A stretch of 64,000 nt of DNA from Camelus dromedarius (taxonomy: Eukaryota): NCBI RefSeq assembly GCF_036321535.1, contig NC_087447.1, positions 46,254,001 through 46,318,000 of the forward strand. The letters are read 5' to 3'. Shown one piece after another: positions 1 to 13,441 of this stretch. The position numbers and the translations under genes were made by a program. The notes beneath the pieces were generated by a model that was not told where the DNA came from, searched no databases, and worked only from the letters and a program-made list of their open reading frames with translations. The number at the start of each line of letters is the position of its first letter. Positions within the stretch are counted from its first letter, which is position 1.

Positions 1-1597
1 GGTTTGGAATGTGCCTTGAAGGGTGAGGGAAATTTGCCTGGGTGAAAACTAAGAAGGTGGTGAGCCCTCTCAGCAGAAACATGGCTGTGTGAAGACAGTC
101 ACCATGTCACCATCACATGAGTGTAGGGAGTCTACACTCCCTACTGAGCTGACCCTGCTGAGAATCAGTGGGGAAAATGAGTGCAAGCCCGAGACAGGGC
201 AAGACCCAAATTAGATCCTGTGCTCTCAGGTTCTGAACCCTGAGGAGATGAAGCAATAGGAGCCATTGCTAGATTCTTAGAGGGCCTGAAGGGCAGAAGA
301 GCAAGAAGTGGACGGGGCTTTTTTAACAAGTACTGGCCAGTGCTTTAGTGTACTGTCTCTTTAAAGAATAGGAACCAGGAAGGATGTGATCAGTAAGAAG
401 GGTCCTGTTACCTGTTTTCTATCGGTCCATTTCGTGTTTAAATTGCTATCATCAGATAATAGGAAAATGTCTAGTGAGATTTGCTCATAAGTAAAAGACA
501 AGGTGCATTTTTTTATCTCAAATTACAGATAATGCCCAGATTCTCAGAAAGCTGAACAGAGTCTGTCCTTAGAGTAACTATTTCTTAAGGAATATTAGCT
601 ATTCATCTTTCTACCCATTAGATCTGGGCCACCTTAAATAAGAATTTTTTCTTTGAAAAATTAGGTCCTATGCCAAATACCTCTTGAAAAAGTCAGAGTC
701 AATAATCTGATTGAACCATTGCTAAACCATTAAAGACAAGGGAATTGTGTACCTCACTAATACTTTCCTTAGTAAATTGTCCCCTTATGTTTTTTATTGG
801 GTTTTGGTAATCTTAAGATTTTTAAGCTTTTGGCTATTTCTCAAAAAAGAATGTACATATACACAAAAGGGAGAAAATTAGAGTTACATCCAAGGTATAT
901 TAATATAACACACATTTTAATGAAATTATCATACTTTAATCTGCCTTCTGCCATCCCCTCTTCACTTACTGTAATATGATGTAAACATTTTAAATGTTTA
1001 AATGTTAGGTAAGTACATATAGCTCTAAATGTAATAAACATAATGTAATTCATTAAATGGAGCTACCAGAATTTAAACAATGCTGTATTTTTTAACACAT
1101 TGCAATTCTTGATTTTATAATGAGACGTTGGAAGCAAACAGCTAATAATGTTGTTGGCTGATGTTACTCTTCATACAGTGATAAGAGGCATATGCAGAAG
1201 CATGCTTGCGTGGACTTACACTTAATCATTGCATGTAATCATTGCACACAGAACTCTGAGAAGCATTTCCTAAAGGAAAGGGAAAACACAAAAGTTATTG
1301 GATCAAAGGGGATGAACAATTTGGGGACTTGTACACTGGAACAGGGCAATTTAGCAGTGAATTCATGAGCAGGCTTGTTTCTGCATTTACCAGTGGGTGT
1401 TTCATGCACAGTCTCTTTTATCAAATATGTAATATGTCCATTTTCAAGTAGGCATTCAGAATTCTTTATTATAGGTTCCACCGCTTACCTAGGATGGAAA
1501 TAAGGATCCAGCAGCCCAGTTTCCAGAGGCAATGTCTATCATAGGAGTAAAAATCTAAGACTAAGAGCTGTCTCCTAGATTCTCTACACCATCGAAC

Positions 1598-2550
1598 ATG
1601 TTCATGTCTAATAATGCCTGCTCGGTGCCTACTTCTTTCTGGCTTACTGGCATCCCAGGGCTAGAGTCCCTGCACCTCTGGCTGTCCATCCCCTTCAGCT
1701 CTCTGTACCTGGTGGCTGTGGTGGGAAATGTGACCATCCTGGCATCAGTAAAGTTGGAATGCAGCCTGCACCAGCCGATGTACTTCTTCCTGTGCATGTT
1801 GGCTGTCATTGACTTGGTCCTATCAACCTCTACTATGCCCAAAATGCTAGCCATCTTCTGGCTCGGTGCCCTCAACATTGACCTGGACGCTTGCTTGGCC
1901 CAGATGTTCTTTATCCACTGCTTTGCTACCGTAGAGTCAGGTATCTTCCTTGCCATGGCTTTTGATCACTACGTGGCCATCTGTGACCCACTACACCACA
2001 CCTCGGTGCTCACCCATGCAATGGTGGGACGTCTGGGCCTGGCCGCCCTCCTCCGTGGAGTACTCTACATTGGACCTCTGCCCCTGATGATTCACCTGAG
2101 GCTTCCCCTTTACCGGACCCAAATCACTGCCCACTCCTGCTGTGAGCACATGGCCCTGGTCACCTTGGCACGCAGTGACACAACAGTTAACAACTTATAT
2201 GGAATGGGAATCGGCTTTCTGGTCCTGATCCTGGATTCACTAGCCATTACTGCCTCCTATGTGATGATTTTTAGGGCTGTAATGGGGTTGGCCACCCCTG
2301 AGGCGAGGCTTAAAACCCTGGGGACATGCAGCTCTCATATTTGTGCTATCCTTGTCTTCTACATCCCCATTGCTGTTTCGTCTCTCACTCACCGATTTGG
2401 CCATCGTGTGCCTCCCCATATCCATATCCTTTTGCCAACTTTTACCTCCTCTTCCCACCTATCCTCAACCCAGTTGTCTATGCTGTCTGCACCAAACAAA
2501 TTTGAGAGAGACTTCTCCACGTTCTTAAGGCAAGGGCTCAATCCAAGTGA
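1598..2550 (+). pseudogene. Class I olfactory receptor, OR52M subfamily, pseudogene
   Basis: ORF has [27 protein letters not shown] (DRY changed to DHY), HSCCEHMA and KTLGTCSSH motifs. A 1-bp deletion at about 2434 (TTG GCC AAC to TTGCCAAC) shifts TM7; the shifted frame reads [23 protein letters not shown], then TGA at 2503-2505, with the likely ancestral stop at 2548-2550. Confidence 0.93.
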
Positions 2551-3289
2551 CAGTTCTGTACCTGTAGGGCATACAGAATACTTAGTGATGGTAGGAAAAA
2601 GCTCTGACCAGGGAATCCAGTGAAATAAGACCCATGCCACCAGGTCCTACCTGAGTTGTGGAGATGAGGGGCTAGTATGTATTCTGTTTGACCATGGATT
2701 TCCTCAAAGTAGAAAGGGGAATATTGGAAATACTTGAAAGGAAAAATCAGGCATGAGTTTTTATATAATATTTTCCTATTTCACTTCACAAAATTAAGCA
2801 CAATAGACACAAGTATGCAGACCACAGAAGTAGGCTCATTTATCCTTTTGAATTTTTTTGGTAAAGGATTTCTGGTCTCTTTGAGGAAAGCTTTCCACAA
2901 TTTCTAGAAAGTAAAATTATACTTGAACACTGTGAAGACAGTTTACAACTTCTTTTACTAAAGGTCTGGAAAACAACTGTGTTGGCAGCTTTTCCAATCT
3001 TCTTTACTTGCCCCAGAAAAGGTCTTTTGCTAAGGATGGAGGCAGTATAAATGTTGCCCAAACAATGCCTCTACATGACTCCTTACCTGACCCAGACATC
3101 CCTTTTAGCTAGGACAGCCGCAGCCCATTGAGTCCTTGGGAATGACCAAATGACAGACTTAGAATACCAATAAACAAAGCAAGGAAGGCAAGCTTCAGTC
3201 TACGTTTCAGCAAACATATTGGAAGTAACCAAAGTTACTTGAATATCATTGCACGTGGTGTTTCGACTGGAATACTTCTGCACCACAGT

Positions 3290-4050
3290 TGTGCTTGTTA
3301 CTTCCCTCCACTGTATTTTTCTCAGATGTTTTCATCTTTTCTTATTGTAATTTTCATAGATAAATGTACATTTTAAAAATCTCCAATATTGTGATTTTCA
3401 CCTCTGAAGGTTTGATTTGGTTATCTTCCGATGCTTCTGTCTAACATACTCCGTCCTTCCTCTAGCCACTTGAATGTACAGAATATATTTATAGCTGTTT
3501 AATATCTTCACATGCAGATTTTATCATATGTACCTATCAATTTGTTTTGATTGATTTTATTATGTATATTTTCCTGTTAATTTTGACTGACTGCCAGATT
3601 GCTGAGTTTTATTTTTGACTACTGGATACTTCTGTATTATATATATTCTTGAGCTTTGTTCTGGTACATGGTTAAGTTGTTAAACAGTTTGATCCTTTCA
3701 GATTTTGCTTTTAAATTTTGTTAGTCAGAACTAGAGAAGCTTTTAGTTTAGGCTTAATTTGTTACCACTACTAAGTAAAAACATTTTTTTTTTAATCTAT
3801 CTGATAGACTCTAAGCCATGAGGCTTTCCACTCTGGCTTGTGGGAACAGAAACTTTATTCTTAACCTTGTATGAGTACTAGAGATTGTTTCCTCTAATCT
3901 TAAGTGGTCTTTCCTTAGTTTCAGATGATTTCCTCCCACGTAAGCACTGAACAGCACTCAGATAAAGACTGAAGAGCTCCAATGCGTTCGCTGTGTCTTC
4001 AGCTGTCTCTTCTCTGGTCCTCTTCCCTATGAACCCTAGTTCCCTTGGAT
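3290..4050 (-). mobile_element. Old, degenerate L1M-type fragment
   Basis: T-rich degenerate sequence resembling antisense ancient L1M; no intact ORF; boundaries approximate. Confidence 0.4.
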
Positions 4051-4717
4051 GTTTATGTTTGATATATTTTGGCGGTATCACCTGCATAAAACTGGAAGTC
4101 AGATTTGTTTTTAACGTGTATGTGATCACTGAAAGAGTATAAAACAAATCCAAGACCATGGCCAGATCCTGGCATTTCTAACTCCATGAAACAAAACAAA
4201 AATCAATGATGACATAAAAACAGGAGTAGTCATCAAAACCTAAGGAAGTGTGGAGTTGGATAAAGAGCTGAAGAAATCAAGAAGCAACAGACTGTCCACA
4301 TACTGTAGAAGCAGAAATCTGAACTTAAACTGTTGAAGATGTCAAAGTTGTGCATATATTGTCTCATAGATTCCAAAGTACCCAATTGTCTAAAACGATT
4401 GGTCTGCAAATTAGGGCACAAAGTGTTCTACTCAGGTAAAGAATCTTAAATTTTCATTTGTTATTTTCTTAAGCCTTTTAATATTTACGTTATTGTAAAT
4501 TATTATTTTATAATATATTAACATAATGGAATGTGATAGGGTATATGTCATTGTATGTATATATGTATTATTACATACAAATACAATATGTATATATACA
4601 TCTTCAATAGTTCCGATTTCTGCTTTTACAGTAAGTATATGGACAATCTATCACTACATGATTTCTTTAGTACTTTACCAACTCCACATTTCCTCAGGCT
4701 CTGATGACAACTCCTAC

Positions 4718-6304
4718 TTTTTTTACTTATTGAAGTATAGTCCATTGAATTGATCTCGTGTACAGCATAATGTCCCAGTCATACATATACATATGTATAT
4801 ACATATGTGTTTCCACATTCCTTTTCATTAAGTTATTATATCTAATTCAATATTATCTATGTTGAACTATATTCAATGTATAGTATTAGATATTGAATAT
4901 AGTTCCCTTTTCTATACAGAAGAAATTTGGGTTTTATCTATTTTATATATAATAGTTAATATTTACAAATATTAAATTCCCAAACTTATCCCTTCCCACC
5001 CCCTTTCCTGCCAGTAACAATAAGATCATTTACTATGTCTGAGAGTCTGTTTGTCTAGTATGAGTTCATTAGTGTCTTTTTTCTTTTCTTAGATTCCACA
5101 TATAAGTGATATATGGTATTTTTTTCTCTTTCTGGCTACTTCATTTAGAATGACAATCTCTAGGTCCATCCAAGTTGGTGCAAATGGTATTATTTATGGC
5201 TGAGTAGTATTCCAGTGTATAAATACATCACAATTTCTTTATCCAGTCATCTGTCAATAGACATTTAGGTTGTTTCCATGTCTTGCCTATTGTATATAAT
5301 GCTGCTATGAACATTGGGGTGCATGTATCTTTTTGAATTTGAGTTCCCTCTGGATATATGCCCAGGAGTGGGATTACTAGATCATATGGTAAGTCTATTT
5401 TTAGTTTTTTGAGGACTCTCCATACTGTTTTCCATAATGGCTGCACCAAACTACATTCCCACCAATAGTGTAGGAGGGTTCCCTTTTCTCCACACCCTCT
5501 CTAGTATTTATCAGTTGTGGACTTTTGAATGATGGTCATTCTGACTGGTGTGAGATGATACCTCATTGCAGTTTTGATTTGCATTTCTCTGATAACTAGT
5601 GATACTGAGTATTCTTTCATGTGCCTGTATAGGCCATTGGTATGTCTTCATTGGAAAATTGCTTGTTTAGGTCTTCTGCCCATTTTGGATTGGGTTGTTT
5701 GTTTTTCTGTTATTAAGTTGTGTGAGATATTCATATATTCTGGAAATTAAACCTTTGTCAGTTGCATCATTTGCAAATATTTTCTCCCATTCCATAGGTT
5801 GTCATTTTCTTCTAGGAAGTTTATAGCATCTTGTCTTATATTTAAGTCTTTAAGCCATTTTGAGTTTATTTTTGTATATGGTGTGAGGGAACTGTCCAGT
5901 TTTCCTAACACCACTTGCTGAAGAGACTGTCTTTTCTCCATTATATAGTCTTGCCTCCTTTGTCAAATATTAATTGACCATAGGTCTGTGGGTTTAGTTT
6001 TAGGCTCTTTATTCTGTTCCATTGATCTGTTTTTGTGCCAATACCATGCTGTTTTGATTATTATAGCTCTGTAGTATTGTCTGAAGCCTGGGAGGGTTAT
6101 TCCTGTACCTTCAATCTTTTTCTTCAGTACTGCTTTGGCAATTCTGGGTCTTTTGTGCTTCCATATAATTTTTAGGATTATCTGTTCCAGTCTGTGAAAA
6201 ATGTCACGCATAATTTGATAGGGATCACATTAAATCTGTAGATTGCCTTGGGCAGTGTGGCCATTGTAATAATATTGATTCTTCCAATCTAAGAGCATGG
6301 GATA
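4718..6304 (-). mobile_element. 5'-truncated LINE-1 (ORF2 C-terminal part and 3' UTR) with internal deletions
   Basis: Minus-strand ORF pieces [32 protein letters not shown] and [22 protein letters not shown]-rich tail at about 4718. Confidence 0.93.
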
Positions 6305-6309
6305 CTAAC

Positions 6310-7800
6310 TCCAACCCAGTGGGTGGGGCCTTACCAGTATCTGCTAGTAACTCATTCACATGTATTAAATTAGCAGGAGTCAAGCTGTGGGCCCATCACA
6401 TGAGTGAAGCTGGCTCCTGACCCAACTACAAATCTATAGTGTTCCACAGTTATAAAGAAAACATCGACATTAGCTGAAAGTCAGTACTCCTGCGAGTCTG
6501 TTAAGGGGGCTCTAGTTAAAATTAAAGTATCTTAGGTAAGTAATGAATGACTCATAGCCATTCATAATAGCATTTTTCTGATAGTTGTTTATATCCTTAG
6601 CTTTATTCTTGTTAATCATTTATCTGATGGTATGGTAGTCATTGTTACTTGTCATGATATTGATAGGAGACATTTAACCCCGGCTCTAATTTAACCTTTG
6701 TAATAATGGGGTTAGTTCCAAAATTTAGAGTCACCACTGTTTTCTCACGTAAGCTGCTGGCCCTGAGTGAAACAATGGCTCTTATTTTTCTTTACTGTCT
6801 CATCTCACTGGTGTCTGCTGCTTCCTGGAATGAAAATACTCATAACTATGTTGTCTCAGTGTAGCCAGAGGTGGAAATTTAAGTGGTTGTTGGATATGTC
6901 ATATGATCCCTCAAGCCGTTCATGAACAAAATCTCCCATCAGTGGTCCTGACAATTCATTTTGATACTGGAGCAGACCCCATGACCTCCTATAATCTTTT
7001 TCCTTCAAACCTCACATTCCTAATTCAGATCAACATATCCAAGTCCCTTGCTTCAACCTGTCTGAGGTAGTATCCATCTCAGGGGAAGTTACTCCTAGGC
7101 CTCCGCAGTCCCTTGCATTTCTCATGAGAAAATGTGATGCCCCCACATCCCCTGAAATGTACAACTGACAGGTGGGTAAGGGCTAAAAATAACGTCACTT
7201 TATGCCAGAGAGCCAAGCAAGTTGGACATCACATAAACTATGGAAGGCTTGCAATGTCTCTTGCCCCTGGCTTGATAAATTCGGAACTCTCCAAAAAGGA
7301 CCCCAAAAGAATTTCTGAACTTCCCCAAAAGTGACACTATCCTGGGAGGTATAACCTGCACCCCTCCAGGTTATATCTTTGTGGTACAGGGAGTGACTCG
7401 CCAACATGAGGATGGGCACATGACTGCTTAGATAGCTGGCAAATTGAAGGGTCATGCCTGCTGGGACACTGTATAACCCCTCTTCTCCTGCACAGCCCAG
7501 AGAACCGCACTTCTTTCTCTAAATCAAACCCCTACCTTATAAGAGAGATGTTGTCTGAGTTTGAGGACAAATAGGATAAAGTATAGTTGGCATCTTTGTA
7601 CCAGATGCTGGAGTTTGTCAATATAGAGATGATTCATAACTGCCACAACTGGACAAACTGCCAAGGACATGGCTAAAAGTATCACTTCCCAATAAACTCA
7701 TTTGTACTCATTCCCTTGAGTGGTCCTCAATAATAGAGTGTCCCTTGATTTCTTAGTGGCAAAATGTGGAGAATGTGGGATGGGGCAAGAAGAAACTTCT
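6310..7800 (+). mobile_element. ERV1-class internal remnant: integrase C-terminus and degraded env
   Basis: 6312-6420 reads in pieces as W.GPYQ..L..IKLAGVKLWAHH..VKLAP (integrase GPY/F tail). About 6870-6903 reads GGNLSGCWICH (SU). 7720-7779 reads VVLNNRVSLDFLVAKCGECG, resembling the TM immunosuppressive domain. Confidence 0.75.
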
Positions 7801-8319
7801 GGGCTTCTTGACACAGGAGCCGAAGGCTCTGATTCTGAAACCTGTTGGTGAAGTCTTAACAGGGCTGTTTAGATAGGGAGGATATGGAAATTCAAGTGTT
7901 GATGATCAGATATATTGAGAGGTTGAATTAAAGCCTCCTCAGGACATAATACCTAAGGAGAATGGCCTGAGGAGGAATTGGATCTAGATAATCACCCAGC
8001 TAATTTCTGTGCTAAATAGTGCTGCAGAAGTTTAAGGCACAAGTAGCAGGAGGTGAAGGGGAGAAAGAATAATCAACCTAGTACAATAAAGTAAAAATGT
8101 AATGGCTCTGTAGTACAAAGGAGTTGCTTCTTTAAATCTATTCCTATCCTACGCTGGCCTCTCCAAGTGAGTCATACTTTTGTGGGTACTATTATATCTG
8201 TTCTATAAATGCTACACCAAATATAAGTGCTCAGATAGGTGTGATCATTTCTAAGACCAGGGGGTGGACAGCTTTACTGTGGTTAGATCATCTGGAAGAC
8301 TTAAGTATATTTCTCAGAT

Positions 8320-8590
8320 ATATATCATTTTCATTTGTAGTTCCTGGGCTTACTGCTCCCAAACCCCTCGGAATTTCCTGAGTGTTGAGAGCAATAGGAG
8401 CATCTTTTGCTATAATACTTGGTCTCGTCCTCAGTTCCTCAAAATGCTTCAGAGCCATAAAGGTGAAATGGATATCTTGTTATTCATAAAAAGCCCCTTT
8501 CCACCACAGCTAGTTTATGTTAATGAGACTTTTGAGAAGCACTTAAGGATGAGGGCAGGATGTCAAGGACACCAACTGTGAATAGAGGGC
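8320..8590. mobile_element. LTR fragment, MER21/MER77-like
   Basis: Blocks ctcccaaacccctcggaatttcctgagtg...ataggagcatcttttg and gtttatgttaatgag...aggatgagggc resemble this LTR group (recognition only). Confidence 0.5.
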
Positions 8591-9019
8591 ACTTGTCTTC
8601 TAAACATGACAATCACTTCAAGATTCCTTGGGAGCCTGGTTAGTGACACTTTATAGGTTGCCTTTTTGTTCAATACTCAATTCATGAGCTGTGCTCCCCT
8701 CTTGTCATTTCTCCCTGTGTCTGCATCGGAGTAATCCCCAGGGTTCTAAGGTATTCTAATTTTCTTGTGCAGGATGGATACAAAAATACTAAAACAATGT
8801 GAACTAGCAAAGAAGAGTCAGAGTCTAGAGGAATTAGATATTCCAGAAGACATCTCCAGCCTCATGATGAGACTTCAGAGACTGCTCAGGATCAAAGATC
8901 AGGTACCTAAAAATGATTTGTTAGCTAGAATTTATATGCCAGCTCTGACTTACTAATAAGGGTCTGAGACCTGGAGAATGTTTACACTCTTGGGTTTAAA
9001 TCTGTCTTTTAAAAACGGA

Positions 9020-9676
9020 GTGGGGAGGGCAGTTAAAGTGGATTTGAAAAGCAAGACCCAATTAGATGTTGTCTTCATTTACTTTAAGTATAAAGACAGA
9101 CAGATTAAAGCATATATATATGTTTCACTATCCCTTTACTAACACCAATCAAAAGAAATCTGGAATAGCTGTATTAATTTCAGGCAAATCAGAGCTTAGA
9201 GCAAGGAAAATTATCAGGGGTAAAGAGAGGCATTAAATAATGATACTGGTCATTTCCCTAAGAATACAATCCTTAATGTGTATGCACTTTACAACAATAA
9301 AAATGTGCAAGGCTTAAACTGTTAGGAAAAGTAGACAAATTCAAATTACAGTTGGAGAGCAACACCTCCCTGGCAGCAAGTTACAGATTCAGCAGACAGA
9401 ACAGAGAGGATGTAGTTAAACTGAACAGCACCATTAATCAACTCGGTCTAGCTGACATCTATATATTGTCATTTAACAGAATACATTCTTCAAGCTCACA
9501 TGGAATATTCACCAAAATAGACCACATTCTGGGCCAAAAAAACCCCACACCTTAGCAGATATAAAAATCCTATAGAATATGTTCAGACCAAAATGGAATT
9601 AAACTAGTAATGAATAAAGACAGCTGGAAAACCCCCCCAAATACTTGGGAGATAAACACTTCTAAACAATAGAGGG
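9020..9676 (+). mobile_element. Old L1M ORF2 endonuclease-domain fragment
   Basis: Degenerate EN-domain translation: KQDP, NQKKSGIAVLIS, LNSTINQLGLADIY, SSHGIFTKIDHILG. Confidence 0.8.
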
Positions 9677-9879
9677 GTCAGCAAACTTAATAATGTCACA
9701 CGCCATCTGGTTCTACAAGAACGAAGTCACTAGCCACTGCAGTCATTGATCTGAAACACACCCTGAAAGGAGTTGAGGGCAGAGATAAGGAATGAAGCAC
9801 TCTGTGCTATGGGAAACCATGGCAAAACAAGCCTTCTTATAGTTACATATTTTTAGGAGAAAGTTTTATGAACCCAATC

Positions 9880-12800
9880 TTTTTTTTAATTTTATTTTAT
9901 TGAGTTATAGTCAGTTTACAATGTTGTGTCAATTTCCAACGTAGAGCACAATTTTTCAGTTATATATGAGCATACATATATTCATTGTCACATTCTTTTT
10001 CACCATGAGCTACCACAAGATCTTGTATATATTTCCCTGTGCTATGGAGTATAATCTTGTTTATCTATTCTAAATATACCTGTCAGTATCTACAAATTTT
10101 GAACTCAGTCTGTCCCTTCCCGCCCCCCTTCCCCCTGGCAACCACAAGTTTGTGTTCTATGTCTATGAGTCTGTTTCTGTTTCGTGTTTATGTTCATTTA
10201 TCCTTTTCTTTTTTTTAGATTCCACATATGAGTGATCTCATACGGTATTTTTCTTTCTCTTTCTGGCTTACTTCACTTAGAATGATTCTCCAGGGACATC
10301 CATGTTGCTGCAAATGGAGTTATGTTGTTTTTATGGCTGAATAGTATTCCATTATATAAATATACCACAACTTCTTTATCCAGTCATCTACTGATGGACT
10401 TTTAGGCTGTTTCCACATCTTGGCTATTGTAAATAGTGCTGCTATGAACATTGGGGTGCAGGTGTCTTTTTGAAGTAGGGTTCCTTCTGGATATATGCCC
10501 AGGAGCAGGATTCCTGGGTCATATGGTAAGTCTATTCCTAGTCTTTTGAGGAATCTCCATACTGTTTTCCATAATGGCTGCACTAAACTGCGTTCTCACC
10601 AGCAGTGTAGGAAGGTTCCATTTTCTCCACAGCCTCTCCAGCATTTGTCATTTGTGGATTTTTGAATGATGGTCATTCTGACTGGTGTGAGGTGATACCT
10701 CATCATAGTTTTGATTTGCATTTCTCTGATTGTGAAGGAAAAGCCGGGCTGGTCTAACAAGGTAACTCACAAGTCTAGGAATGTGAAGGAGAGGCTGGGC
10801 TGGGCTAACAAGATAACTCACAAATCTAAGTATTGGAATACTGATCTGAGTTCTGCTAGACTAACTTGTAAATCTAGGTTAATTAGTGTTGGTTTGCTGT
10901 TCATGTTTTTTTGCTAGCCAGCTGGGTTTTCAAAGATACATATCTAGCTTTGGAATTTTGGTTTGCTGCCTCCCCGCCTCCACTTTTGTGATGATAATGC
11001 TGCTAAAGCTGTTCCATGCCTATTGGCCTAATACCCCAAGCTTGTACTTTACCCTATAAAACCTCATGCACACGTCTTGGAGGTGCTCAGAGCTTCAGAG
11101 CAGAAGCCCCTCTGAGCCCGCCGGCGTAATACATCTGAGTACTCCAACCCTCCGAGTGGTGCTTGTTTCTTGACTGGCCTGTTGTTTCTGTAACATGATA
11201 ATTAGTGATACTGAGCATTTTTTCATGTGCCTATTGATCATTCATATGTCTTCGTTGGAGAATTGCTTGTTTAGGTCTTCTGCCCACTTCTGGATCAGTT
11301 TCTTTGTTTTTTTCTTAAGTCATATGAGCTGCTTGTATATTCTGGAGATCAAGCCATTGTCAGTTTCCTCTTTTGCAAGTATTTTCTCCCATTCTGTAGG
11401 TTGTCATTTTGTTTTGCTTATGGTTTACTTTGCTGTGAAAAAGCTTGTAAGTTTAATTAGGTCCCATTTGTTTATTCTTACTTTTATTTCTGTTGCTTGG
11501 GTAGACTGCCCTAGGAGAACATTACTGAGATGTATGTGAGATAACGGTTTGCCTATGTTTCCTTCTAGGAGGTTCATTGTATTTTGTCTTATGTTTAAGT
11601 CTTTGATCCATTTTGAGTTTATTTTTGGGAATGGTGTAAGGGAGTGTTCTAGCTTCACTGCTTTACATGCCGCTGCCCAGTTTTCCCAGCACCATTTGCT
11701 GAAGAGATTGTCTTTATTCCATTGTATGTTCTTGCCTTTTTGTTGAAGACTAGTTGACCAAAAGTTTGTGGGTTCATTTCTGGGCTCTATTCTGTTCCAT
11801 TGGTCCATATGTCTGTTTTCGTACCAATACCAGGCTGTTTTGATTACTGTAGCTCTATAGTATTGTCTGAAGTCTAGGAGTGTTATTCCTCCAGTCTCTT
11901 TCTTTCTCTTCAGTAATGCTTTGGCAATTCTAGGTCTTTGTGATTCCATATAAATTTTATTATAATTTGTTCTAGTTCTGTGAAATATGTCCTAGGTAAT
12001 TTGATAGGGACTGCATTAAATCTGTAGATTGCCTTGGGCAGTATGACCATTTTAACAATATTGATTCTTCCAATCCAGGAGCATGGGATACCTTTCCATT
12101 TTTTTAAGTCATCTTTAATTTCCTTAATGTTTTATAGTTCTCCATGTATACATCTTTCACCTCTTTGGTTAGATTTATTCCTGGGTATTTTAGTACTCTG
12201 GGTGCTATTTTAAAGGGGATTGTTTCTTTACTTTATTTTCCTGTTGATTCATCATTAGTGAAAAGAAATGCAACTGATTTTTGTACGTTAATTTTGTAAC
12301 CTGCTACCTTGCTGAATTCTTCAATCAGCTCTAGTAGTTTTTGTGTGGAACTATTAGGGGCTTCTATATATAGTATCATGTCATCTGCATATAGTGACAA
12401 TTTTACCTCTTCTTTTACAATTTGGATCCTTTTTATTTCTCTCTCTTGCCTGATTGCTGTGGCTAGGACTTTCAAGACTATGTTGAATAGGAGTGGTGAT
12501 AGTGGGCAGCCTTGTCTTGTCCCAGATTTTAGTGGGAAGCTTTTGAGTTTTTCACCATTGAGTACTATGCTGGCTGTAGTTTTGTCATATATAGCTTTTA
12601 GTATATTGAGATATGTTCCCTCTATACCCACTTTGGTGACAGTTTTTATCATAAATGGGTTTTAAATTTTATCAAATGCTTTTTCTGCATCTATTGAGAT
12701 GATCATGTGGTTTTTGTCCTTTCTCTTGTTGATGTGATGTATTTTATTGATTGATTTGCATATGTTGAACCATCCTTGTGTCCTTGGGATGAATCCGACT

Positions 12801-13130
12801 TGATCATGGTGTACAATTTTTTTTATGTACTGTTGGATTCTGTTTGCTAAGCTTTTGGTAAGGATTTCTGCATCTATGTTCATCAGTGATATTGGTCTGT
12901 ATTTCTCTTTTTTGGTGGTGTCTTTGCCTGGTTTTGGTATCAGGGTGATGGTGGCTTCATATAATGAGTTTGGGAGTATTCCCTCCTTTTCAATCTTCTG
13001 GAAGAATCTGAGAAGGACCCTTGTAAGTTCTTTGTATGTCTGGTAGAATTCCCTGGTGAAGCTGTCTGATCCTGGACTTTTATTTGTAGGGAGGTTTTTT
13101 ATTGGTAATTCGATTTCACTTCCAGTGATC
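9880..13130 (-). mobile_element. 5'-truncated LINE-1 inserted in the ERV 5' LTR
   Basis: ORF2 pieces include RT motifs [13 protein letters not shown] and YADD. Poly-T at 9880. 17-bp target-site duplication agttttatgaacccaat at 9862-9878 and 13131-13147. Confidence 0.96.
10731..11195 (+). mobile_element. Solo LTR (465 bp, ERV1-type) inserted in the L1
   Basis: TG...CA termini; 4-bp TSD TGAT at 10727-10730 and 11196-11199; the L1 sequence tttctctgat|aattagtgat rejoins when it is removed. Contains an ATTGG box at about 11023, TATAAAA at 11055-11061 and AATACA at 11128-11133. Confidence 0.92.
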
Positions 13131-13422
13131 AGTTTTATGAACCCAATTTCTTACCTTTTCATATCTAGAAGAGCACTAAAACCATTAATGGAGACATCTG
13201 CTCCTTGTGACTAGCAGCAACCTTCCACTGAGAATTGTGCTTGATTGCAAATAACCCCTTCACCAAAATCGTATATATACTGAATTCTACACCACTACCT
13301 CTTGGAAGCAGTTTCTCAGAGCTGAGAAGTTGTGTCCCAGGCTATAGTTCTCAGTAAGTCCCAAACAAAACTGAACTCACAGCTCTCACATTGTGTGTCT
13401 TTTTTCCTTCAGTTGCCAGCTT

Positions 13423-13441
13423 TGGCAACCAATGAAGGAAC
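13423..13441 (+). promoter_or_regulatory. Retroviral primer-binding site, tRNA-Arg-like (degenerate)
   Basis: tggcaaccaatgaaggaac lies just after the LTR end (..agttgcca) and resembles TGGCGACCACGAAGGGAC. Confidence 0.6.

Noticed and set aside
1598..2623. 341-aa ORF as an intact receptor
   Set aside because: Its length comes from a frameshift that replaces TM7 and the NPxxY motif with unrelated sequence.
4075..4445. Purine-rich stretch that looks like a decayed coding fragment ending in a donor-like CAG|GTAAAG
   Set aside because: Stops occur in all three forward frames and I could not recognise a parent gene; it needs BLASTX.
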